Positions 38,201-47,663 of a stretch of DNA of 64,000 bases are shown one piece after another. Source of the DNA: Rhizaria sp. SCN 62-66 (Eukaryota). The notes under the pieces were generated by a model. It worked only from the letters and a program-made list of their open reading frames with translations, made no database searches and was not told where the DNA came from. The DNA lies in NCBI GenBank assembly GCA_001724265.1, contig MEDY01000002.1:62001-126000 (forward strand). The letters run 5' to 3'. Every line of letters starts with the position of its first letter. Within the stretch, counting starts at the first letter, position 1. The position numbers were made by a program, and so were the translations under genes.

Positions 38201-39531
38201 GGCACTCCCTCAGCCGCGACAACCGCAGCCTCGGCGACGTGAACAACGCCAAGCCCGCCCCGCCACTGCCGCCGCATCTGTCTCGTGGTGCAGGCAGTGC
38301 CGGCCACGGCGGTCAGAATGGAGTCCCGACGACGACGAGAGCTAGAGCCGCCGCCACCGGAACCGCCGCCGGGGCGACTGCGGGCGCAAGCGCGGGCGCG
38401 AACGCTGCTGCTAGCGACAGGCTGAGCCGCGACTTCAAGTCCGGCGCCTTCGTCGTACCTGGCCCGACGGGCCCGAAACAGTCTGGCCTCAGCGTCGGCC
38501 ACGGCGAACTTGTGACTGACAACAGCAGCAGCCACGACAACGACGAGGAGGACAGCGTCGATGACGAGCGACGCAACAGCGACATCGCTGGCGGCGGCGA
38601 CGGCGGTGGCGGCAGCGCCGGTCTGCGCGACCGTCAGCCTGCGGCTAAGGCGGGCAAGTCTAAGGGGCTCTCCGCAATGACCGTGGGCAGCGGAGGCCGC
38701 GCGGCGTCGATGCCCGACGCGGACACGCTCGCCGCTGCCATCAACGCCGCGAACAACGGCTCCGCCAGCAATAACAGCCACAGCAACAGCGGCAACACGC
38801 TGAGCCCGAGCGCTGCTGGCAACGCTGTGCAGAGCCAAGGCATGCGTCACAGCGCCATCCACATCCCGCCCCACAGCTCGCACCCGAACGCCACCACGGT
38901 CGACGGCGGCAGCGATAGCGGGTTTGGATCCGGGTCCGGCGCCAGCACCACGGACGACGAGCACGAGCGCGAGGACAGCAAGGGCGCCGGCCATAGTAAG
39001 GCGGCGGGGAGCAAGGGCGGGAAGAGTGTTGGAACCGCTGGTGCAACTGCTGCCAGCATTGCCGCAGGCAGCACTTCTGCAAACAACACCAAACACTCTC
39101 ACACTGCGCCCTCGACTGCGGCTGCGGCTGCGGCTGGCGCCAGCGCCCAGTCCGGCCCCGGGCTGAGCGGCATCCTGAGCACGGAGCGCTTCAACGCCGA
39201 CTTCGCGTCTGCGCTGCAGCAGGTGCAGCGCGCGGATACCGCGAGTCTGGACCTTCCACTCAGCGCCGACGGCCTCAAGATCAAGACGATCGCGATGCTG
39301 CTGCCGAAGCTGCAGGCCGGCATCCCCGACGGGTTTGTCGCCACATTCAACCACGGCACGCGGCTTTACCTTGCGGGCCGCTGGCGCGCCGCGCGGCGGG
39401 TGCTACAGGACCGCTGCTTAGTCATGATGCCGGGCGACAAGCCTACGCGCGTGCTGCTCGACTATATGGCGCAGTTTGACTACAAGGCGCCCGAGGACTG
39501 GCGTGGCGTCAGGAACCTCACCAAGAAATAA
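5695..39531 (+). CDS. Giant transmembrane ion-channel-like / class III adenylyl cyclase-family protein (Paramecium AC / Plasmodium AC-alpha type), ~11,231 aa; join(5695..23717,23859..39531) with in-frame TAG at 16354-16356; probable pseudo-cyclase
   Basis: ORFs 5617..16356 and 16363..23751 are in the same frame, separated only by TAG. A phase-2 intron 23718..23858 joins them in frame to ORF 23863..39531. Family motifs occur in the expected order: S1-S4 (RLTFFLRQLRLLRLLRVV), S5/S6, QPIVQMTDFVAELARNPL, TAELEATLVQLAGLLQVGFGVAGAKII, DPMLPGRKIWGVFGFGSIRRF...NKNMGNAFLIVWKL, MGFGLHIGWAIEGAIGSRNKIDASYLSSNVNLAARLEGATQQYG...VTVKGS, and C-terminal YLAGRWRAA...DKPTRVLLDYM...APEDWRGVRNLTKK. Start chosen at GCC-ATG-G (5695); the track's 5617 start is a TTG. 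Confidence 0.8.
7108..7310 (+). repeat. Degenerate tandem repeat CCCTTACACGG encoding repeated PLH(G/V) peptides
   Basis: About 10 degenerate copies (cccttacacggc, cccttacacgtg, cctttacacgtc, cccctacacggc, cccttacacggg, ccgttacacggt, cccttacacgga, cccttaaacggc...), nearly all using the otherwise rare TTA Leu codon. Confidence 0.85.
10642..11070 (+). other. Voltage-sensor-like S1-S4 domain of the giant cyclase
   Basis: Hydrophobic helices, S2 motif FTVEFGLR, and S4 with Arg at every third residue (LRQLRLLRLLRVV). Confidence 0.8.
16354..16356 (+). other. In-frame TAG inside the cyclase gene (candidate recoded codon)
   Basis: TCG CCG TAG CCC CTC GTG: frame, GC content and codon style continue unchanged, with no AT-rich spacer or intron. 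S1-S4 lies upstream, S5/S6 and the cyclase downstream. Confidence 0.8.
18190..19095 (+). other. S5/S6 helices, GFG motif and N-terminal half of the class III cyclase domain
   Basis: GVRIGLELGLQTSLRLILAMVILILLLGLLLP; EIVGLLIITTAAIVLGALGG; QVGFGVAG (GFG at 18835-18843); FGFGSIRRF; NKNMGNAFLIVWKL. Confidence 0.85.
20740..20930 (+). repeat. Mixed-charge RD/RE/H repeat (CGTGAC/CGCGAC units), with a related copy at ~24290-24440
   Basis: RDTRDTCDTRDRERDRDREHRHHRDTRDSRDTRDTRDREYRHRER. The second block RSDRDRDRERSDREHHRSDRERDRDRDREH shares the DNA word GTGACCGTGAG and is followed by a KKDKKDKRDKKEKK tract at ~24607-24685. Confidence 0.75.
22738..22830 (+). repeat. Three tandem 30-bp units encoding ASFG(S/A)(S/P)SAGG
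   Basis: GCGAGCTTTGGC(T/G)CC(T/C)CCAGCGCCGGGGGC x3, near-perfect. Confidence 0.9.
23718..23858 (+). other. Spliceosomal intron (141 nt, phase 2) in the cyclase gene
   Basis: GTACGC...AT-rich...GCTAAT branch-like site, polypyrimidine tract, TTCTGCAG. Splicing gives AG|T CGC ATG (S-R-M), in frame with ORF 23863. Confidence 0.9.
29503..29892 (+). other. C-terminal half of the class III cyclase domain
   Basis: AHEALAAF...MGFGLHIGWAIEGAIGSRNKIDASYLSSNVNLAARLEGATQQYGVHVLMS...LDCVTVKGSTVPLDLYTFDL. Confidence 0.9.
32164..32244 (+). repeat. (CAG)20 perfect microsatellite within a Q27 tract
   Basis: 20 uninterrupted CAG at 32164-32223, followed by CAA CAG CAG CAA CAG CAG CAG. Confidence 0.95.
39301..39531 (+). 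other. C-terminal TPR-like tail typical of this cyclase family
   Basis: LQAGIPDGFVATFNHGTRLYLAGRWRAARRVL...PGDKPTRVLLDYMAQFDYKAPEDWRGVRNLTKK-stop. Confidence 0.75.
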
Positions 39532-40106
39532 GGAGGGCTGGTCGAAAGCAAAGCAATGCTGGGTCAGCTTGTTTTGTGGCGCATCACTTCTCAATCGTTC
39601 CTGTTACACATACTCAGAGTTATTTTTCACAACAAACGATTTTACGGATTAACAATGGTTTATAGTTTTTTATTTACTTTGGATTTGAATTTAGTACATG
39701 CGCTAATGCGCTATAATACAGTGATATTTTGCATATCTACGAGACTTGTGGAGATATCTTTGCTTTTATGCTGTTTGTTCTTGGTCATTGTATACTGCAG
39801 GCTGACAAGCATCGCGGGTGTGAGGCTCCATAGAAGGCTAATTTTGCAGTTCTACAGCTCTATCACATAACCGTCAGTAGAGATTCTGGGCGAACTTGTG
39901 GATTTAAGTGAGGTTTTCTAACTAAATCCAATTTCATTTCCTCTTAAACCTTTGCGCAGTTCGTGGAACTCGACTCAGAAATCAGGTCCCTTCGCGTGCT
40001 GGTTCAAACGCGGCCCCCTCCCTCTTTCCCCCGGACTGCTCCACACCTTCCCTACTTTCTCAACCCCCCGCTCGGGCGTCTGCGCGTCTTGCCGTGACCG
40101 CGCCCG

Positions 40107-43100
40107 ATGCCCCTGCAGGAGCGGCGTCCCACGGCGCTGTCTGTGGCCGGCCCCGGCTCTGCGCTGGGCAGCCCTGGTGACGGCTCTCAGTCGCATCACC
40201 ACCGCAGCCTCAACGTGCAGGAAGCGGGCATCTTTCTCGAAGTAGATAACGACGTTGCCGACTACAACGCACAATCCGAGTACGTTCTTTATGTCTCTAT
40301 GTCTTTGCATTGCTTGCACTCGTTAACCTTTTGTCTATATTGCAATGCACTCGTCCGCAATCTCGTGTCCTCTTCCTTGCCCCCTTTCGCTCACTACCTC
40401 TCTCCCTATGTTCTCGCATGACGTGTTTCCTCTGCACACCAACAGCACATGTGAGGACCGCGCCAACGCCTTTGTGCGCCACCCGGTGTACAATATCCTG
40501 CTTATCCTGTTGATTTTCTTTGACACCATCTTCATCATGCTGCGCCACTTTGAAGTCGTCAACCGGACCAAGTTCGAGCTTGTCTCTTTCGTCCTCTGTG
40601 TCTGTTTCCTCGCTGAGGATCTCTTCCGCGTTCTCCTCCTCCGCCGAGCTTTCTTTACCGTGTTTAACGTGCTCGATTTTATGCTCGTCACCGTCTGCTT
40701 CGGACTGTATATTGACCAAATCTTCACGCGCACCATCAAGTTCAACAGCGCTATCCTGTTCCTCACCTTCGCTTTGCAAGTATGCCGCCTTTTCGTCCGC
40801 TTTATCGCCCAGCTGGCGTACATCTCCGCCTCTGCGCGCAGCATTGTCGGGCAAAACAAGCAGCGCTACCGCAAGAACGGCTTCGACCTGGACCTCGCCT
40901 ACATCACCAAGGGGCTCATCGCGATGGGCCTTCCCAGCACCGCCATCGAGGGCGCTTATCGCAACCCCATCGCCGAGGTCGCGCGCTTCTTTAACACCAT
41001 GCACGCGGACCACTACTTGATCATCAACCTCTGCGCTGAGCGCACCTACGACGCGCGCCCCTTCCACGGCCGCGTGGCACGGTTCATGTTCGACGACCAC
41101 AACCCGCCGCTGTTCCCCACAGCGCTGCACTTCGTGGCGCGGCTCGCGGCCTTCACGGCGCTGGATCCCGCCGCCGTGGTCGCGCTGCACTGCAAGGGTG
41201 GCAAGGGCCGCACCGGCACCATGGCGTGCATCTGGCTGCTCGCACTCTTCCCCGCGCTCTACTCGGAGCAGGTCATGCGGCTCTTTGCCGACCGCCGCAC
41301 CGACGGGGAGAAGCGCGGCAAGCTCCAGGGCGTGGCCGGGCCGTCTCAGATTCGGTATATTGAGTACTTTGAGCAGTATCGCAACAAGTGCCTCGCTTTA
41401 ATCGCGCTGAATAGTAACAACAGCATCAACGCGGCGACCGCTAACTTGAGTAGTCCCGGCTCAAATGCTGGCTCTGGCTCCATGATTGCGAGCGCGACGG
41501 CCCATGCTGCTGTTGACCCGAGCAATGCCCTTGCAGTCTCTGGGAGTAACCAGACTCCTGCCCGTGACAACCTGAGTGTGATCAGTCCGTCTCACGCCAG
41601 TGCCAGCGGTATTGACTACAGCAATAACATCAATAGCAGAAGCACTGCTCCTGTTGTCAGTAGCACGCATGTCAATCCCTCAAGCGATTCCACAACAGGC
41701 GGCAAGCTTGGGACCGACAGCAACGCGAACGCACAGTCGACTGGAACTACGGCCGCTTCAGCAGCAGCGGCGGCTGCGGGTATTGCGGCGTCGCCGACGG
41801 CCGCCTCAGCCCACAGCTCCGCGTTAGTCGCGGCCAGCTGCGCGCCCGCCGGCCCCGCCGCCCGCAGCAACAGCAGTGCCCTCAGCGTCGGCTGGGACAT
41901 CTTAGACTCCGCCCCGCCAGTCGAGCTGCTAACTCTCTCGGTGCACAACGCATTCAGCTACGTCGACAGCAAGGGCAAGCGGCAGCGCGGGTGGCCGGAG
42001 CACGAGTCGTTTGCCGTTTATATCACCTACTACCCGCACGGCCGCGAGCAAGGCCGCGAGTGGCATCACCCGCAGAAGGAGGCCCGGGCGCGTGCGGCCC
42101 GCGCGAAGCGCATGCGCAAGATCGCCAAAATGCAACAAAAGCTGCTGGCGTCGCATGCGGCGGCCGTGGCAGCGGCTGAGGAGGCAGCACGGGTCGCCGC
42201 TGAGGCCGAGGCGGCGGCAGTGGCGGCAGCGGAGGCTGCCGCGGAGGCGGAGGCCGCTGCGGTGGCCGAGGCTGAGGCTGCAGGGTTGATGTATAATGTG
42301 ACCGGTAGCACGAACAATATGAACAATGTGAGTGTCAATGGTGGTGACGCGTTGCAGTTTTCAGACCAGTTTGATGAGCAGCAGCAGCTTTTGTGGCAGT
42401 GGCAGTGGCAGCGGCAGCAGCTTGCGGCTGCGGGCGGCGGCGTCGAGGGTGACGGTGGGCTATCGTCACAACAGCAGCAGCAACTGCAGCAGCTAGGTGA
42501 CTGTGAGCAGGTCAGATGGGAGGAATTCCATCTGGCCCCCTTAGACATGAGTATGTACAACATGACTGGTGAAGGGCTCACTGCTGAGCAACAACAGCTG
42601 CAACAACAGCAGCAGATGCAGCAGCAGTACATGTGGCTTCAGCAAATGCACCAGCACTACAATCAACAGCCACAACTGACGCATCAGCAGCAGGATCTAG
42701 AGCAAACTCTAGCTCATGTCGACAACAGCGAGCAGCTGCAGCAGAAGCAAGATGACTGTGAACAGGGCACAATGGATACCAACAATGTTGAGTTGGAGCG
42801 CCTCGGCAGCAAGCTAACGTGGCTCAACATTAAGTCTTCTCCCCATAACGACAACGGGGACGATGATACAGCTGCAACGAGCAACACTCTGACGAATACG
42901 AACAATGATGAGACTCAAGAACAGAGCCCTAACAGCAACACTGACGACGAGGAGCACGCTAGCGCTGGCCGCAGCAACAACAGCAATGATGACGACGACA
43001 ACTTCGCCACGATCAACACCAGCGGTCATATTGGTGAGGGCAGCCTCGACAACGGCAGCAATAGCATCGGGGACGGCGCGATTTGCGGTGTGTCAGTCAA

Positions 43101-46100
43101 GTTCAACACCCGCATTCGTGCGCATCACTCGATCTCGCACAAGCGGACGGGGGATCAAAGTCAAGCCGCCTCGCCGTGTCATAGCCCGATCGCGTCCCCG
43201 ACTCAAATCCACGCCGTTATTACGGATCCCAAGTCTGCCAACAACAACAACACTCTCAACAGCGAGTTGATCGACGACGAAGTTAAAGCGAGCACGGATA
43301 ACCTCTCCGGTGGCAACATCGGTCTGTGTCACTCGGCGACAATGCCCAACGATGCGACTCTCACCAGCTCTAACGTGGGGATGCTGACCCGCTCTCACAG
43401 CCACTTCCCGGCGCAACAGGGAGGACAGGGGGCGCCGATGCCCAGCCTCTACTACACGGGGGGCTATCCAGCGTCGGGCAACGCGCCCCCGCACGGCACC
43501 GGCAGTGCTTCGCTGCGCCCCCATAGCTCGCAGTCGCAGTTCAGGCCCCTGTCGGCTCTCTCGCTGACTGCACAGCAGCAGCAACAGCCGCTGCCCCAGT
43601 CACATCAACAGCAGGCGCAGTTGCAGCAGCAGCAATTACAGCTGCAGCTGTCTCACCATTCTCGCAACTCGTCTCGTGCTTCATGGCACCAGCAGCCCCA
43701 GCAGCGGTTCAGCCACCCTCACTCGACCACCTCAACCGGCACCTCGTTCCCCTCCACACCAGGCGCGATCGCCGCTGGCACAGCAGCAGCAGGAGCAGGC
43801 GCAGGCGCATCGGGCACTAGTGTTAACGGCTCATTCGTCTTTCCGGGAGGCTTAACTTCCGGCCTCGTCCCCGCCTCTGCCCACAGTCACCTCTACAGCA
43901 ACGGCTCTCGCCCCGGCTCCGCTGCGGCAACGCCGCTCTACGCTGGTTCCCGGCGCCTTTCACGCTATGGCTCGACTGCAAGCTCCACGGCGACTGCTGC
44001 TGCCGCGGCGGCCGCGGCAGCGGCAGTGGCGGCGGCCGCAGCGGCGACCGCGGCTGTGGCGAGGGAGGCTGCGGACGCGGCGGCGGCGGTGGCGGCGGAG
44101 GGCGGCGGCGCTGGTTTTATCGACCTGCAAAGCAGCAGCAGCAGCAGCAGCAGCAGTAGCAGCGAAGACGGCTCGGATAGAGACAGTGATAGAGACAGCG
44201 GCCATGACGACGGGGTTGCTAGGACTACCAACTCAGCCGCAAGCAGGAGCAAGGGCAAGAGTGTTAACAACAACAGCTTGTCTAAGAATAACAAGCAGAA
44301 TGTTACAAGCGCTCGCAACAACTTTAATCGCAACAGCAACAGCAACACCACAGTGAGCAATGCTATGAATAACAGCGACGCTGGTGTTGTATGCGTCGAT
44401 AACATGAGCCAAACGGTGCATAATGGGGACCTCCACACGATCGTCGACAACAGCGACGACAACGCTGAAGACGGTGACGAAGACAACAACAACAACGACA
44501 ACGACAACGGCGATGATAACGATGACGATGACGAATACGGTGACTACTACAACGACGACGGCTTTGACGCCAACAATCACAACAACACTGCCAACCAGCA
44601 TCTGTTCAGTCGGCCCACTGACATCGACAATAGCAAGCCGTCTTTGTTCGGTCCCGGCCATCTCAACCTCAACCTGGGCAACATTCACTGCGACAACAAC
44701 AATAATAGGAGCAAGGGCAAGAATGGCAGCCTCACCACGAGCAATCAGTCCCAGCTGCAGCAGCAACAGCTCGCTCGGTGCGAATCAGTCGGCTCCAACA
44801 CGGGCTCACACGGCAGCTTAGGTAAGCCGCCACGTGTTACCCCGCGTGCGCCGCAGTCCGCACGCGCACAGTCGCGGTCACTTGCTCCGCCCGCGAAGGG
44901 CTCGCTCACGCGGCAAAAGAGCACCGAAGACGTCCACTTAACGCCGACTGCAGCGGCAAACTCCCTCGGGTTTTTCTCAGCCCACTCGGGCTCTGGTTCT
45001 GGCTCCGGCGGCGCTGTCACTGGCTCCAACTCCAACTCCAACTCTGGCGCGGGCGCGGGCTCCGGCTCTGGCGCTGGCACTGTAACCGGTTCAGGCTCTC
45101 CAAAGAGCGTTGGGCCAGGCAGTCCAAACGTGGAGCACCGCGGGTCACTTGCGCAGCAGCAGGAGAGACAGAGACTGCGACAGCGACCGCGCCAGCTCAA
45201 ACATCAGCAGTCGTTGGGCAGCATCGTCACCGCCAGCAACCGGAGCAGCCTGGTCGGGGGCTTTGGCGGCAGTGGCACCACGCTGACTGCCGCCGTCGCC
45301 GCTGCGCTCGCTGGGGCCAAGTCCCGCACTGCAACACACACCAAAGCAACAGCGAAAGCCACACTGGTACCTGCGAGTGCGAGTGCCCAGCTAAACTCTA
45401 GCTTTGCCCACGCAGGCTCCGGCGTGACTTCCGGAGACTCGGCGACGATTGGAGACACACATGATTCCCTGACGCAACAACAGCAACAGCACCCGCAGCA
45501 GCATAGGCCGCCCTCCCGCGGTGGAATGGGGCTGTCGATGAGTGTGATCCCGCCCAATCGGTCGCTTTCCCGTAATCACACGGGTTCGTACCAGCAGCAA
45601 CAGTTTTATCTGCAGCATGCGCCTCAGTACGTGGCTCTCAGCAACAGCGGCGCTTTCCCAGTTCCTGCGATGTATACTGTGCCGGGACAACACCATCAGC
45701 AGTCGTGTCCTCTGTTCAGTCCCGCCCCGGCCTCGGCGACTCCGCTGCAGCAGTCGCGGAAGTCGGACCCGGCCGATGGCAGCCCTGGCGCTAACAATGA
45801 CGCTGCGACAGAGACTGCTGGTGATGAAGCTTCTGCTGAAAGCAAGTCTAACAACGCTCATGCCAGCGCTAACAGTGGTAGCAGTGTTGCTGCTCGTGTT
45901 ACTGCCATGGGAACAGTCATCGATGCGATCACTTCCGTGGACATCCCTGTCAGTGCTGCTGACAACGCTCAGAATATAAGCGCCTCACCCGGTATAAGCG
46001 CCCTGGGCGACAGCCCCCAGTTCTTCCCCACTGCGAACAATACGCCCAGTGTCTTGCCGCGCCACCTACCCGAAGAACACACGTTAAGCACCCCTGTAAC

Positions 46101-47631
46101 CGAGATGAGGACCGTGGCCGCCACCTGCGCCGCAACAGAGGGGCTCAACACGAGTGGCATTGCAGCTGCTAAGCATCCTGTGTGCACATGCTCAGTGCGC
46201 GGTTTCTCCCCGCATCACCAAGGCCCTTACACCGGTAACCCGCAAGGTACTTACGCAGGCGGCGCTGTCCCCGGCAGCGGTCGCTTTGGCCACGCCGGCT
46301 CCGGTCTTGTTCCCCCTTACATCTCGATGAGCTCGCGGCCGACGACCCCCCTACATTCCGCCCGTCTCCAGCTGCAGTCGAGTCTGCACCATCCCAGTGC
46401 AGTGGGCGCCGGCGGCGGCAGCGCGTCCGCTCAGATGCAGTCGTCGCGACTGCATCCCAGCATCCTCGCTGCGCACACCCGCCAGAGCTACAGCCACAAC
46501 GCTAGCTGGGGCAACGGCAACAGCAACTTAGTCTCTGGTGCGTCGTTTGCGCACTCTAGCACTGCATGCGTGAACAACAGTACTGCTGATGCGCCAGTGC
46601 ACGGCTCGAATGACTTTGATAACAGCTCCGCCGCCGCCACCGCAACTGCCGGCACTGCTAACACTGGGTTTTCCTCGGCATCGAACTTCAACAACACCAA
46701 CAACAGTTCTTTCTACGGCTATGGCAACACCAGTCTCAACAACGCGAATACTGGTGGGCACGCGTACGGCCCCAACACTAGCTTTGCGAGCCAAAACTTC
46801 CGCAACAGCGGCGCCAGCGCTTCAGCCGCAGCCGCCGCGGCCGCAGTCAGTTCCGCTGCCCTGGACGCCAAGCGCATGCGGACACTGGCGATCCTGGAGC
46901 GGGCCTCGCGCCGCGCCGCCGCTGCCGCCTCCGCTGGCACCAACACGCACGCGAGCGCTAACAGTGAAGCTGACGCTCCTCGTGGCAGCGTGGCGAGCAT
47001 GGGCTCTGCGACGGGCGCTTCAGGTATGCGTTTGCGGCAAGCAAGGGTTTCTCAGCTCACCAAAACGCCCAGCGTCGGTCCGTCGACTACGACTGCTCAC
47101 GGTCACGCCCACGGTCACTCTGCTAGAGAGAGCCCTGGGTCTGCGGCCCACAGTCGATTGCCGCGAGCCCACAGTCACTTCGGCTCCGTGATCGAAGAGA
47201 ACTCTGATCTCACGACGAGCAGCAGCAACGCGAGCGGCAACAACAGCGGCAACAGCGGCGCCGGCGCCAGCAGCGGCGCGACGATGACGACGTCAGCTAG
47301 AGGCCCTTTGACTGGCGGCAAGCCGGGTCTCGTGCGGGGCGTTACTCTGAACAGGCCCGGGAGCGTGATCGCCGGCGGCCGCACTCTCAGCGAACATGTA
47401 CCCGTCGCCGATGAAGCTGCCGTCACGAACGCAGATCAGCGCACTGAGAATGGCGAGACCCGGCTCACCGTCACTGAAGACCCCGATAACAACGACACGG
47501 TCAGCGGTGAGGGCGACGCTGCGGCGACACTGGACAACAACATGACGTTTGTGGGCGACACCGCCCGCGATTGCACCAGCGACGTGAATGCTGCGTACAC
47601 CAACGCCGACACTGAAGCTGACGGTGCCTCC

Positions 47632-47663
<32 letters not shown>

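Noticed and set aside
40345-40445. ATG at 40345 as the VSP start
   Set aside because: It lies inside a pyrimidine-rich GTACGT...CAG intron; the upstream GC-rich exon from ATG 40107 splices in frame.
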